Notes under the pieces: model-generated
The model's input: the letters and a program-made list of their open reading frames with translations, nothing else
Told to the model about the DNA's origin: nothing
Database searches by the model: none
Made by a program: the position numbers and the translations under genes
From: Eledone cirrhosa
Taxonomy: Eukaryota
Length of the DNA: 64,000 bases
Direction: 5' to 3'
NCBI GenBank assembly: GCA_964016885.1
Contig: OZ024740.1
Coordinates: 21,080,001-21,144,000, forward strand
Shown: in pieces, positions 12,950-29,477 of the stretch
Position numbering within the stretch: position 1 is the stretch's first letter
Layout of the letters: the number at the start of each line of letters is the position of its first letter

Positions 12950-14846
12950 ATGTACCATTCCTTCTTTCAATGTCATATTATCAGACAGTATATCTTCGAC
13001 TACAATAGACAATGTACCATTCCTACTTTCAATGTGATATTAACAGACAGTATATCTTGGACTACATTAGACAATGTACCATTCCTTCTTTCAATGTGAT
13101 ATTATCAGACAGTATATCATGGACTACATTATACAATGTACCATTCCTTCTTTCAATGTTATATTATCAGACTGTATATCTTGGACTACATTAGACAATA
13201 TACCATTCCTTCTTTCAATGTGATATTATCAGACAGTATATCTTGGACTACATTAGACAATGTACCATTCCTTCTTTCAATGTGATATTATCAGACAGTA
13301 TATCTTGGACTACATTATACAATGTACCATTCCTTCTTTCAATGTTATATTATCAGACTGTATATCTTGGACTACATTAGACAATATACCATTCCTTCTT
13401 TCAATGTGATATTATCAGACAGTATATCTTGGACTACATTAGACAATGTATCGTTCCTTCTTTCAATGTGATATTATCAGACAGTATACCTTGCACTACA
13501 TTAGACAATGTACCATTCTTTCTTTCAAGGTGATATTATCAGACAGTATATCTTGGACTACATTAGACAATGTACCATTCCTTCTTTCAATGTGATATTA
13601 TCAGACAGTATAACTTTGACTACATTAGACAAAGTACCGTTCCTTCTTTCAATGTGATATTATCAGACAGTATATCTTGGACTACATTAGACAATGTACC
13701 ATTCCTTCTTTCAAGGTGATATTATCAGACAGTATATCTTGGACTACATTAGACGATGTACCGTTCCTTCTTTCAATGTGATATTATCAGACAGTATATC
13801 TTGGACAACATTAGACAATGTACCATTCTTTCTTTCAAGGTGATATTATCATACAGTATATCTTGGACTACAATAGACAATGTACCATTCCTACTTTCAA
13901 TGTGATATTATCAGACAGTATATCTTGGACTACATTAGAGATTGTACCATTCCTTCTTTCCATGTGATATTATCAGACAGTATATCATGGACTACATTAT
14001 ACAATGTACCATTCCTTCTTTCAATGTTATAATATCAGACTGTATATCTTGGACTACAGTAGACAATATACCATTCCTTCTTTCAATGTGATATTATCAG
14101 ACAGTATATCTTGGACTACATTAGACAATGTACCATTCCTTCTTTCAATGTGATATTATCAGACAGTATATCTTGGACTACATTAGACAATGTACCATTC
14201 CTTCTTTCAATGGGATATTATCAGACAGTATATCTTGGACTACATTAAACAATGTACCATTCCTTCTTTCAAGGTGATATTATCAGACAGTATATCTTGG
14301 ACTACATTAGACAATGTACCATTCCTTCTTTCAACGTCATATTATCAGACAGTATATCTTCGACTACGTTAGACAATGTACCATTCCTTCTTTCAATGTG
14401 ATATTATCAGACAGTATATCATGGACTACATTATACAATGTACCATTCCTTCTTTCAATGTTATATTATCAGACTGTATATCTTGGACTACATTAGACAA
14501 TATACCATTCCTTCTTTCAATGTGATATTATCAGACAGTATATCTTGGACTACATTAGACAATGTACCATTCCTTCTTTCAATGTGATATTATCAGACAG
14601 TATATTTTGGACTACATTAGACAATGTACCATTCCTTCTTTCAATGGGATATTATCAGACTGTATATCTTGGACTACATTAGACAATGTACTATTCCTTC
14701 TTTCAAGGTGATATTATCAGACAGTATATCTTGGACTACATTAGGCAATGTACCATTCCTTCTTTCAATGTGATATTATCAGACAGTGTATCTTGGACTA
14801 CATTAGACAATGTACCATTCCTTCTGTCAATGTGATATTATCAGAC

Positions 14847-14933
14847 TGTCTAATGTAGTCCAAGATATACTGTCTGATAATATCACATTGAAAGAAGGAA
14901 TGGTACATTGTCTAATGTAGTCCAAGATATACT
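14847..14933 (-). repeat. 87-bp inverted segment #7 (TGTCT)
   Basis: Same as #1. Confidence 0.97.
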
Positions 14934-17140
14934 ATGTACCATTCCTTCTTTCAATGTCATATTATCAGACAGTATATCTTCGACTACATTAGACAATGTA
15001 CCATTCCTTCTTTCAATGTGATATTATCAAACAGTATATCTTGGACTACATTAGACAATGTACCATTCCTTCTTTCAAGGTGATATTATCAGACAGTATA
15101 TCTTGGACTACATTAGACAATGTACCATTCCTTCTTTCAATGTTATATTATCAGACAGTATATCTTCAACTACATTAGACAATATACCATTCCTTCTTTC
15201 AATGTGATATTATCAGACAGTATATCTTGGACAACATTAGACAATGTACCATTCTTTCTTTCAAGGTGATATTATCAGACATTATATCTTGGACTACAAT
15301 AGACAATGTACCATTCCTACTTTCAATGTGATATTATCAGACAGTATATCTTTGACTACATTAGACAATGCACCATTCCTTCTTTCAATGTGATATTATC
15401 AGACAGTATATCATGGACTACATTATAAAATGTACCATTCCTTCTTTCAATGTTATATTATCAGACTGTATATCTTGGACTACATTAGACAATATACCAT
15501 TCCTTCTTTCAATGTGATATTATCAGACAGTATATCTTGGACTACATTAGACAATGTACCATTCCTTCTTTCAATGTGATATTATCAGACAGTATATCTT
15601 GGACTACATTATACAATGTACCATTCCTTCTTTCAATGTTATATTATCAGACTGTATATCTTGGACTACATTAGACAATATACCATTCCTTCTTTCAATG
15701 TGATATTATCAGACAGTATATCTTGGACTACATTAGACAATGTATCGTTCCTTCTTTCAATGTGACATTATCAGACAGTATACCTTGCACTACATTAGAC
15801 AATGTACCATTCTTTCTTTCAAGGTGATATTATCAGACAGTATATCTTGGACTACATTAGACAATGTACCATTCCTTCTTTCAATGTGATATTATCAGAC
15901 AGTATAACTTTGACTACATTAGACAAAGTACCGTTCCTTCTTTCAATGTGATATTATCAGACAGTATATCTTGGACTACATTAGACAATGTACCATTCCT
16001 TCTTTCAAGGTGATATTATCAGACAGTATATCTTGGACTACATTAGACGATGTACCGTTCCTTCTTTCAATGTGATATTATCAGACAGTATATCTTGGAC
16101 AACATTAGACAATGTACCATTCTTTCTTTCAAGGTGATATTATCATACAGTATATCTTGGACTACAATAGACAATGTACCATTCCTACTTTCAATGTGAT
16201 ATTATCAGACAGTATATCTTGGACTACATTAGAGATTGTACCATTCCTTCTTTCCATGTGATATTATCAGACAGTATATCATGGACTACATTATACAATG
16301 TACCATTCCTTCTTTCAATGTTATAATATCAGACTGTATATCTTGGACTACAGTAGACAATATACCATCCCTTCTTTCAATGTGATATTATCAGACAGTA
16401 TATCTTGGACTACATTAGACAATGTACCATTCCTTCTTTCAATGTGATATTATCAGACAGTATATCTTGGACTACATTAGACAATGTACCATTCCTTCTT
16501 TCAATGGGATATTATCAGACAGTATATCTTGGACTACATTAAACAATGTACCATTCCTTCTTTCAAGGTGATATTATCAGACAGTATATCTTGGACTACA
16601 TTAGACAATGTACCATTCCTTCTTTCAACGTCATATTATCAGACAGTATATCTTCGACTACGTTAGACAATGTACCATTCCTTCTTTCAATGTGATATTA
16701 TCAGACAGTATATCATGGACTACATTATACAATGTACCATTCCTTCTTTCAATGTTATATTATCAGACTGTATATCTTGGACTACATTAGACAATATACC
16801 ATTCCTTCTTTCAATGTGATATTATCAGACAGTATATCTTGGACTACATTAGACAATGTACCATTCCTTCTTTCAATGTGATATTATCAGACAGTATATT
16901 TTGGACTACATTAGACAATGTACCATTCCTTCTTTCAATGGGATATTATCAGACTGTATATCTTGGACTACATTAGACAATGTACTATTCCTTCTTTCAA
17001 GGTGATATTATCAGACAGTATATCTTGGACTACATTAGGCAATGTACCATTCCTTCTTTCAATGTGATATTATCAGACAGTGTATCTTGGACTACATTAG
17101 ACAATGTACCATTCCTTCTGTCAATGTGATATTATCAGAC

Positions 17141-17227
17141 TGTCTAATGTAGTCCAAGATATACTGTCTGATAATATCACATTGAAAGAAGGAATGGTAC
17201 ATTGTCTAATGTAGTCCAAGATATACT
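17141..17227 (-). repeat. 87-bp inverted segment #8 (TGTCT)
   Basis: Same as #1. Confidence 0.97.
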
Positions 17228-19744
17228 ATGTACCATTCCTTCTTTCAATGTCATATTATCAGACAGTATATCTTCGACTACATTAGACAATGTACCATTC
17301 CTTCTTTCAATGTGATATTATCAAACAGTATATCTTGGACTACATTAGACAATGTATCGTTCCTTCTTTCAATGTGATATTATCAGACAGTATACCTTGG
17401 ACTACATTAGACAATGTACCATTCCTTCTTTCAATGTGATATTATCAGACAGTATATCTTGGACTGCATTAGACAATGTACCTTTCCTTCGTTCAAGGTG
17501 ATATTATCAGACAGTATATCTTGGACTACACTAGACAATGTACCATTCCTTCTTTCAAGGTGATATTATCAAACAGTATATCTTGGACTAAATTAGACAA
17601 TGTACCATTCCTTCTTTCAATGTCATATTATCAAACAGTATATCTTGGACTTCATTAGACAATATACCATTCCTTCTTTCAATGTGATATTATCAGACAG
17701 TATATCTCGGACTACCTTAGACAATGTACCATTCCTACTTTCAATGTGATATTATCAGACAGTATATCTTGGACTACATTAGACAATGTACCATTCCTTC
17801 TTTCAAGGTGATATTATCAGACAGTATATCTTGGACTACATTAGACAATGTATCGTTCCTTCTTTTAATGTGATATTATCAGACAGTATATCTTGGACTA
17901 CATTAGACAATGTACCATTCCTTCTTTCAATGTGATATTATCAGACAGTATATCTTGGACTACATTAGACAATGTACCATTCCTTCTTTCAATGGGATAT
18001 TAGCAGACAGTATATCTTGGACTACATTAGACAATATACCATTCCTTCTTTCAATATGATATTATCAGACAGTATATCTTGGACTACATTAGACAATGTA
18101 CCATTCCTTCTTTCAATCGGATATTATCAGACAGTATATCTTGGACTACATTAGACAATATACCATTCCTTCTTTCAATGTGATATTATCAGACAATATA
18201 TCTTGGACTACATTAGACAATGTACCATTTCTTCCTTCAATGTTATATTATCAGACAGTATAACTTGGACTACATTAGACAATGTTCCATTCCTTCTTTC
18301 AATGTGATATTATCAGACAGTATATCTTGGACTACATTAGACAATGTACCATTCCTTCTTTCAAGGTGATATTATCAGACAGTATATCTTGGACTACATT
18401 AGACAATGTACCATTCCTTCTTTCAATGTTATATTATCAGACAGTATATCTTCGACTACATTAGACAATATACCATTCCTTCTTTCAATGTGATATTATC
18501 AGACAGTATATCTTGGACAACATTAGACAATGTACCATTCTTTCTTTCAAGGTGATATTATCAGACAGTATATCTTGGACTACAATAGACAATGTACCAT
18601 TCCTACTTTCAATGTGATATTATCAGACAGTACATCTTTGACTACATTAGACAATGTACCATTCCTTCTTTCAATGTGATATTATCAGACAGTATATCAT
18701 GGACTACATTATAAAATGTACCATTCCTTCTTTCAATGTTATATTATCAGACTGTATATCTTGGACTACATTAGACAATATACCATTCCTTCTTTCAATT
18801 TGATATTATCAGACAGTATATCTTGGACTACATTAGACAATGTATCGTTCCTTCTTTCAATGTGATATTATCAGACAGTATACCTTGGACTACATTAGAC
18901 AATGTACCATTCTTTCTTTCAAGGTGATATTATCAGACAGTATATCTTGGACTACATTAGACAATGTACCATTCCTTCTTTCAATGTGATATTATCGGAC
19001 AGTATAACTTTGACTACATTAGACAAAGTACCATTCCTTCTTTCAATGTGATATTATCAGACAGTATATCTTGGACTACATTAGACAATGTACCATTCCT
19101 TCTTTCAATGGGATATTATCAGACAGTATATCTTGGACTACATTAAACAATGTACCATTCCTTCTTTCAAGGTGATATTATCAGACAGTATATCTTGGAC
19201 TACATTGGACAATGTACCATTCCTTCTTTCAACGTCATATTATCAGACAGTATATCTTCGACTACGTTAGACAATGTACCATTCCTTCTTTCAATGTGAT
19301 ATTATCAGACAGTATATCATGGACTACATTATACAATGTACCATTCCTTCTTTCAATGTTATATTATCAGACTGTATATCTTGGACTACATTAGACAATA
19401 TACCATTCCTTCTTTCAATGTGATATTATCAGACAGTATATCTTGGACTACATTAGACAATGTACCATTCCTTCTTTCAATGTGATATTATCAGACAGTA
19501 TATTTTGGACTACATTAGACAATGTACCATTCCTTCTTTCAATGGGATATTATCAGACAGTATATCTTGGACTACATTAGACAATGTACTATTCCTTCTT
19601 TCAAGGTGATATTATCAGACAGTATATCTTGGACTACATTAGACAATGTACCATTCCTTCTTTCAATGTGATATTATCAGACAGTGTATCTTGGACTACA
19701 TTAGACAATGTACCATTCCTTCTGTCAATGTGATATTATCAGAC

Positions 19745-19831
19745 TGTCTAATGTAGTCCACGATATACTGTCTGATAATATCACATTGATAGAAGGAATG
19801 GTACATTGTCTAATGTAGTCCAAGATATACT
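19745..19831 (-). repeat. 87-bp inverted segment #9 (TGTCT; CCACGAT, ATTGATAG)
   Basis: Duplicate of #4 at +10,044. Confidence 0.97.
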
Positions 19832-21418
19832 ATGTACCATTCTTTCTTTCAATGTCATATTATCAGACAGTATATCTTCGACTACATTAGACAATGTACC
19901 ATTCCTTCTTTCAATGTGATATTATCAAACAGTATATCTTGGACTACATTAGACAATGTATCGTTCCTTCTTTCAATGTGATATTATCAGACAGTATACC
20001 TTGGACTACATTAGACAATGTACCATTCCTTCTTTCAATGTGATATTATCAGACAGTATATCTTGGACTGCATTAGACAATGTACCTTTCCTTCGTTCAA
20101 GGTGATATTATCAGACAGTATATCTTGGACTACACTAGACAATGTACCATTCCTTCTTTCAAGGTGATATTATCAAACAGTATATCTTGGACTAAATTAG
20201 ACAATGTTCCATTCCTTCTTTCAATGTCATATTATCAGACAGTATATCTTGGACTTCATTAGACAATATACCATTCCTTCTTTCAATGTGATATTATCAG
20301 ACAGTATATCTTGGACTACCTTAGACAATGTACCATTCCTTCTTTCATGGTGATATTATCAGACAGTATATCTTGGACTACATTAGACAATGTACCATTC
20401 CTTCTTTCAAGGTGATATTATCAGACAGTATATCTTGGACTACATTAGACAATGTATCGTTCCTTCTTTTAATGTGATATTATCAGACAGTATATCTTGG
20501 ACTACATTAGACAATGTACCATTCCTTCTTTCAATGTGATATTATCAGACAGTATATCTTGGACTACATTAGACAATGTACCATTCCTTCTTTCAATGGG
20601 ATATTAGCAGACAGTATATCTTGGACTACATTAGACAATATACCATTCCTTCTTTCAATATGATATTATCAGACAGTATATCTTGGACTACATTAGACAA
20701 TGTACCATTCCTTCTTTCAATCGGATATTATCAGACAGTATATCTTGGACTACATTAGACAATATACCATTCCTTCTTTCAATGTGATATTATCAGACAA
20801 TATATCTTGGACTACATTAGACAATGTACCATTTCTTCTTTCAATGGGATATTAGCAGACAGTATATCTTGGACTACATTAGACAATATACCATTCCTTC
20901 TTTCAATATGATATTATCAGACAGTATATCTTGGACTACATTAGACAATGTACCATTCCTTCTTTCAATCGGATATTATCAGACAGTATATCTTGGACTA
21001 CATTAGACAATATACCATTCCTTCTTTCAATGTGATATTATCAGACAATATATCTTGGACTACATTAGACAATGTACCATTTCTTCTTTCAATGTTATAT
21101 TATCAGACAGTATATCTTGGACTACATTAGACAATGTTCCATTCCTTCTTTCAATGTGATATTATCAGACAGTATATATTGGACTACATTAGACAATGTA
21201 CCATTCCTTCTTTCAATGGGATATTATCAGACAGTATATCTTGGACTACATTAGACAATGTACCATTCCTTCTTTCAAGGTGATATTATCAGACAGTATA
21301 TCTTGGACTACATTAGACAATGTACCATTCCTTCTTTCAATGTGATATTATCAGACAGTGTATCTTGGACTCCATTAGACAATGTACCATTCCTTCTATC
21401 AATGTGATATTATCAGAC

Positions 21419-21505
21419 TGTCTAATGTAGTCCAAGATATACTGTCTGATAATATCACATTGAAAGAAGGAATGGTACATTGTCTAATGTAGTCCAAGTT
21501 ATACT
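21419..21505 (-). repeat. 87-bp inverted segment #10 (TGTCT; CAAGTTATAC)
   Basis: Duplicate of #5 at +10,044. Confidence 0.97.
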
Positions 21506-22906
21506 ATGTACCATTCCTTCTTTCAATGTCATATTATCAGACAGTATATCTTCGACTACATTAGACAATGTACCATTCCTTCTTTCAATGTGATATTATC
21601 AAACAGTATATCTTGGACTACATTAGACAATGTATCGTTCCTTCTTTCAATGTGATATTATCAGACAGTATATCTTGGACTACATTAGACAATGTACCAT
21701 TTCTTCTTTCAATGTGATATTATCAGACAGTATATCTTGGACTGCATTAGACAATGTACCATTCCTTCCTTCAAGGTGATATTATCAGACAGTATATCTT
21801 GAACTACACTAGACAATGAACCATTCCTTCTTTCAAGGTGATATTATCAGACAGTATATCTTGGACTAAATTAGACAATGTACCATTCCTTCTTTCAATG
21901 TCATATTATCAGACAGTATATCTTGGACTTCATTAGACAATATACCATTCCTTCTTTCAATGTGATATTATCAGACAGTATATCTTGGACTACATTAGAC
22001 AATGTACCATTCCTTCTTTCAAGGTGATATTATCAGACAGTATATCTTGGACTACATTAGACAATGTACCATTCCTTCTTTCAAGGTGATATTATCAGAC
22101 AGTATATCTTGGACTACATTAGACAATGTACCATTCCTTATTTCAAGGTGATATTATCAGACAGTATATCTTGGACTACATTAGACAATGTACCATTCCT
22201 TCTTTCAATGTTATATTATCAGAGAGTATATCTTCGACTACATTAGACAATATACCATTCCTTCTTTCAATGTGATATTATCAGACAGTATATCTTGGAC
22301 AACATTCGACAATGTACCATTCTTTCTTTCAAGGTGATATTATCAGACAGTATATCTTGGACTACAATAGACAATGTACCATTCCTACTTTCAATGTGAT
22401 ATTAACAGACAGTATATCTTGGACTACATTAGACAATGTACCATTCCTTTTTTCAATGTGATATTATCAGACAGTATATCATGGACTACATTATACAATG
22501 TACCATTCCTTCTTTCAATGTTATATTATCAGACTGTATATCTTGGACTACATTAGACAATATACCATTCCTTCTTTCAATGTGATATTATCAGACAGTA
22601 TATCTTGGACTACATTAGACAATGTACCATTCCTTCTTTCAATGTGATATTATCAGACAGTATATCTTGGACTACATTAGACAATGTACCATTCCTTCTT
22701 TCAATGTGATATTATCAGACAGTATATCTTGGACTACATTAGACAATGTACCATTCCTTCTTTCAATGGGATATTATCAGACAGTATATCTTGGAATACA
22801 TTAGACAATGTACCATTTCTTCTTTCAAGTTGATATTATCAGACAGTATATCTTGGACTACATTAGACAATGTACCATTCCTTCTGTCAATGTGATATTA
22901 TCAGAC

Positions 22907-22993
22907 TGCCTAATGTAGTCCAAGATATACTGTCTGATAATATCACATTGAAAGAAGGAATGGTACATTGTCTAATGTAGTCCAAGATATACT
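22907..22993 (-). repeat. 87-bp inverted segment #11 (TGCCT)
   Basis: Duplicate of #6 at +10,044. Confidence 0.97.
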
Positions 22994-23365
22994 ATGTACC
23001 ATTCCTTCTTTCAATGTCATATTATCAGACAGTATATCTTCGACTACAATAGACAATGTACCATTCCTACTTTCAATGTGATATTAACAGACAGTATATC
23101 TTGGACTACATTAGACAATGTACCATTCCTTCTTTCAATGTGATATTATCAGACAGTATATCATGGACTACATTATACAATGTACCATTCCTTCTTTCAA
23201 TGTTATATTATCAGACTGTATATCTTGGACTACATTAGACAATATACCATTCCTTCTTTCAATGTGATATTATCAGACAGTATATCTTGGACTACATTAG
23301 ACAATGTACCATTCCTTCTTTCAATGTGATATTATCAGACAGTATATCTTGGACTTCATTAGACA

Positions 23366-26300
23366 ATGTACCATTCCTTCGTTCAAGGTGATATTATCAG
23401 ACAGTATATCTTGGACTACACTAGACAATGTACCATTCCTTCTTTCAAGGTGATATTATCAGACAGTATATCTTGGACTAAATTAGACAATGTACCATTC
23501 CTTCTTTCAATGTCATATTATCAGACAGTATATCTTGGACTTCATTTGACAATATACCATTCCTTCTTTCAATGTGATATTATCAGACAGTATATCTTGG
23601 ACTACATTAGACAATGTACCATTCCTTCTTTCAAGGTGATATTATCAGACAGTATATCTTGGACTACATTAGGCAATGTACCATTCCTTCTTTCAAGGTG
23701 ATATTATCAGACAGTATATCTTGGACTACATTAGACAATGTACCATTCCTTCTTTCAAGGTGATATTATCAGACAGTATATCTTGGACTACATTAGACAA
23801 TGTACCATTCCTTCTTTCAATGTTATATTATCAGACAGTATAAATTCGACTACATTAGACAATATACCATTCCTTCTTTCAATGTGATATTATCAGACAG
23901 TATATCTTGGACAACATTAGACAATGTACCATTCTTTCTTTCAAGGTGATATTATCAGACAGTATATCTTGGACTACAATAGACAATGTACCATTCCTAC
24001 TTTCAATGTGATATTATCAGACAGTATATCTTGGACTACATTAGACAATGTACCATTCCTTCTTTCAATGTGATATTATCAGACAGTATATCATGGACTA
24101 CATTATACAATGTACCATTCCTTCTTTCAATGTTATATTATCAGACTGTATATCTTGGACTACATTAGACAATATACCATTCCTTCTTTCAATGTGATAT
24201 TATCAGACAGTATATCATGGACTACATTAGACAATGTAGCATTCCTTCTTTCAATGTGATATTATCAGACAGTATATCTTGGACTACATTATACAATGTA
24301 CCATTCCTTCTTTCAATGTTATATTATCAGACTGTATATCTTGGACTACATTAGACAATATACCATTCCTTCTTTCAATGTGATATTATCAGACAGTATA
24401 TCTTGGACTACATTAGAAAATGTATCGTTCCTTCTTTCAATGTGATATTATCAGACAGTATACCTTGGACTACATTAGACAATATACCATTCCTTCTTTC
24501 AATGTGATATTATCAGACAGTATATATTGGACTACATTAGACAATGTACCATTCCTTCTTTCAAGGTGATATTATCAGACAGTATATCTTGGACTACATT
24601 AGACAATGTACCATTCCTTCTATCAAAGTGATATTATCAGACAGTATATCTTGGACTACATTAGACAATGTACCATTCCTTCTTTCAAGGTGATATTATC
24701 AGACAGTATATCTTGGACTACATTAGACAATGTACCATTCCTTCTTTCAATGTTATATTATCAGACAGTATATCTTCGACTACATTAGACAATATACCAT
24801 TCCTTCTTTCAATGTGATATTATCAGACAGTATATCTTGGACAACATTCGACAATGTACCATTCTTTCTTTCAAGGTGATATTATCAGACAGTATATCTT
24901 GGACTACAATAGACAATGTACCATTCCTACTTTCAATGTGATATTAACAGACAGTATATCTTGGACTACATTAGACAATGTACCATTCCTTCTTTCAATG
25001 TGATATTATCAGACAGTATATCATGGACTACATTATACAATGTACCATTCCTTCTTTCAATGTTATATTATCAGACTGTATATCTTGGACTACATTAGAC
25101 AATATACCATTCCTTCTTTCAATGTGATATTATCAGACAGTATATCTTGGACTACATTAGACAATGTACCATTCCTTCTTTCAATGTGATATTATCAGAC
25201 AGTATATCTTGGACTACATTAGACAATGTACCATTCCTTCTTTCAATGTGATATTATCAGACAGTATATCTTGGACTACATTAGACAATGTACCATTCCT
25301 TCTTTCAATGAGATATTATCAGACAGTATATCTTGGAATACATTAGACAATGTACCATTTCTTCTTTCAAGTTGATATTATCAGACAGTATATCTTGGAC
25401 TACATTAGACAATGTACCATTCCTTCTGTCAATGTGATATTATCAGACTGCCTAATGTAGTCCAAGATATACTGTCTGATAATATCACATTGAAAGAAGG
25501 AATGGTACATTGTCTAATGTAGTCCAAGATATACTATGTACCATTCCTTCTTTCAATGTCATATTATCAGACAGTATATCTTCGACTACAATAGACAATG
25601 TACCATTCCTACTTTCAATGTTATATTATCAGACTGTATATCTTGGACTACATTAGACAATATACCATTCCTTCTTTCAATGTGATATTATCAGACAGTA
25701 TATCTTGGACTACATTAGACAATGTACCATTCCTTCTTTCAATGTGATATTATCAGACAGTATATCTTGGACTTCATTAGACAATGTACCATTCCTTCGT
25801 TCAAGGTGATATTATCAGACAGTATATCTTGGACTACACTAGACAATGTACCATTCCTTCTTTCAAGGTGATATTATCAGACAGTATATCTTGGACTAAA
25901 TTAGACAATGTACCATTCCTTCTTTCAATGTCATATTATCAGACAGTATATCTTGGACTTCATTTGACAATATACCATTCCTTCTTTCAATGTGATATTA
26001 TCAGACAGTATATCTTGGACTACATTAGACAATGTACCATTCCTTCTTTCAAGGTGATATTATCAGACAGTATATCTTGGACTACATTAGGCAATGTACC
26101 ATTCCTTCTTTCAAGGTGATATTATCAGACAGTATATCTTGGACTACATTAGACAATGTACCATTCCTTCTTTCAAGGTGATATTATCAGACAGTATATC
26201 TTGGACTACATTAGACAATGTACCATTCCTTCTTTCAATGTTATATTATCAGACAGTATAAATTCGACTACATTAGACAATATACCATTCCTTCTTTCAA

Positions 26301-27330
26301 TGTGATATTATCAGACAGTATATCTTGGACAACATTAGACAATGTACCATTCTTTCTTTCAAGTTGATATTATCAGACAGTATATCTTGGACTACAATAG
26401 ACAATGTACCATTCCTACTTTCAATGTGATATTATCAGACAGTATATCTTGGACTACATTAGACAATGTACCATTCCTTCTTTCAATGTGATATTATCAG
26501 ACAGTATATCATGGACTACATTATACAATGTACCATTCCTTCTTTCAATGTTATATTATCAGACTGTATATCTTGGACTACATTAGACAATATACCATTC
26601 CTTCTTTCAATGTGATATTATCAGACAGTATATCATGGACTACATTAGACAATGTAGCATTCCTTCTTTCAATGTGATATTATCAGACAGTATATCTTGG
26701 ACTACATTATACAATGTACCATTCCTTCTTTCAATGTTATATTATCAGACTGTATATCTTGGACTACATTAGACAATATACCATTCCTTCTTTCAATGTG
26801 ATATTATCAGACAGTATATCTTGGACTACATTAGAAAATGTATCGTTCCTTCTTTCAATGTGATATTATCAGACAGTATACCTTGGACTACATTAGACAA
26901 TATACCATTCCTTCTTTCAATGTGATATTATCAGACAGTATATATTGGACTACATTAGACAATGTACCATTCCTTCTTTCAAGGTGATATTATCAGACAG
27001 TATATCTTGGACTACATTAGACAATGTACCATTCCTTCTATCAAAGTGATATTATCAGACAGTATATCTTGGACTACATTAGACAATGTACCATTCCTTC
27101 TTTCAAGGTGATATTATCAGACAGTATATCTTGGACTACATTAGACAATGTACCATTCCTTCTTTCAATGTTATATTATCAGACAGTATATCTTCGACTA
27201 CATTAGACAATATACCATTCCTTCTTTCAATGTGATATTATCAGACAGTATATCTTGGACAACATTAGACAATGTACCATTCTTTCTTTCAAGGTGATAT
27301 TATCAGACAGTATATCTTGGACTACAATAG
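23366..27330 (+). repeat. Higher-order duplication, 39-monomer (2,418 bp) offset
   Basis: Variant series repeats 23366/25784, 23986/26404, 24606/27024 (CATTTGAC, TAAATTCGAC, GTAGCATT, TAGAAAATG). Boundaries approximate. Confidence 0.85.
25449..25535 (-). repeat. 87-bp inverted segment #12 (TGCCT)
   Basis: Same breakpoints. Confidence 0.97.
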
Positions 27331-27865
27331 ACAATGTACCATTCCTACTTATATGTGATATTAACAGACAGTATATCTTGGACTACATTAGACAATGTAC
27401 CATTCCTTCTTTCAATGTGATATTATCAGACAGTATATCTTGGACTACATTAGACAATGTACCATTCCTTCTTTCAATGTGATATTATCAGACAGTATAT
27501 CATGGACTACATTATACAATGTACCATTCCTTCTTTCAATGTTATATTATCAGACTGTATATCTTGGACTACATTAGACAATATACCATTCCTTCTTTCA
27601 ATGTGATATTATCAGACAGTATATCTTGGACTACATTAGACAATGTACCATTCCTTCTTTCAATGTGATATTATCAGACAGTATATCTTGGACTACATTA
27701 GACAATGTACCATTCCTTCTTTCAATGGGATATTATCAGACAGTATAACTTGGACTACATTAGACAATGTACCATTTCTTCTTTCAAGTTGATATTATCA
27801 GACAGTATATCTTGGACTACATTAGACAATGTACCATTCCTTCTTTCAATGTGATATTATCAGAC

Positions 27866-27952
27866 TGCGTAATGTAGTCCAAGATATACTGTCTGATAAT
27901 ATCACATTGAAAGAAGGAATGGTACATTGTCTAATGTAGTCCAAGATATACT
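27866..27952 (-). repeat. 87-bp inverted segment #13 (TGCGT)
   Basis: Same breakpoints, first TGCGT allele in the window. Confidence 0.97.
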
Positions 27953-29477
27953 ATGTACCATTCCTTCTTTCAATGTCATATTATCAGACAGTATATCTTC
28001 GACTACAATAGACAATGTACCATTCCTACTTTCAATGTGATATTAACAGACAGTATATCTTGGACTACATTAGACAATGTACCATTCCTTCTTTCAATGT
28101 GATATTATCAGACAGTATATCATGGACTACATTATACAATGTACCATTCCTTCTTTCAATGTTATATTATCAGACTGTATATCTTGGACTACATTAGACA
28201 ATATACCATTCCTTCTTTCAACGTGATATTATCAGACAGTATATCTTGGACTACATTAGACAATGTACCATTCCTTCTTTCAATGTGATATTATCAGACA
28301 GTATATCTTGGACTGCATTAGACAATGTACCATTCCTTCGTTCAAGGTGATATTATCAGACAGTATATCTTGGACTACACTAGACAATGTACCATTCCTT
28401 CTTTCAAGGTGATATTATCAGACAGTATATCTTGGACTAAATTAGACAATGTACCATTCCTTCTTTCAATGTCATATTATCAGACAGTATATCTTGGACT
28501 TCATTAGACAATATACCATTCCTTCTTTCAATGTGATATTATCAGACAGTATATCTTGGACTACATTAGACAATGTACCATTCCTTCTTTCAAGGTGATA
28601 TTATCAGACAGTATATCTTGGACTACATTAGACAATGTACCATTCCTTCTTTCAAGGTGATATTATCAGACAGTATATCTTGGACTACATTAGACAATGT
28701 ACCATTCCTTCTTTCAAGGTGATATTATCAGAGAGTATATCTTGGACTACATTAGACAATGTACCATTCCTTCTTTCAATGTTATATTATCAGACAGTAT
28801 ATCTTCGACTACATTAGACAATATACCATTCCTTCTTTCAATGTGATATTATCAGACAGTATATCTTGGACAACATTAGACAATGTACCATTCTTTCTTT
28901 CAAGGTGATATTATCAGACAGTATATCTTGGACTACAATAGACAATGTACCATTCCTACTTTCAATGTGATATTATCAGACAGTATATCTTTGACTACAT
29001 TAGACAATGTACCATTCCTTCTTTCAATGTGATATTATCAGATAGTATATCATGGACTACATTATACAATGTACCATTCCTTCTTTCAATGTTATATTAT
29101 CAGACTGTATATCTTGGACTACATTAGACAATATACCATTCCTTCTTTCAATGTGATATTATCAGACAGTATATCTTGGACTACATTAGACAATGTACCA
29201 TTCCTTCTTTCAATGTGATATTATCAGACAGTATATCTTGGACTACATTAGACAATGTACCATTCCTTCTTTCAATGTGATATTATCAGACAGTATATCT
29301 TGGACTACATTAGACAATGTACCATTCCTTCTTTCAATGGGATATTATCAGACAGTATAACTTGGACTACATTAGACAATGTACCATTTCTTCTTTCAAG
29401 TTGATATTATCAGACAGTATATCTTGGACTACATTAGACAATGTACCATTCCTTCTTTCAATGTGATATTATCAGAC

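Larger units (their letters stand above)
3092..23355 (+). repeat. Tandem duplication of a 162-monomer (10,044 bp) super-unit, about 2 copies
   Basis: Inversions 4803/14847, 7097/17141, 9701/19745, 11375/21419 and 12863/22907, and the rare variant CCATCCC (about 6321/16365), are all offset by 10,044. Boundaries approximate. Confidence 0.95.
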
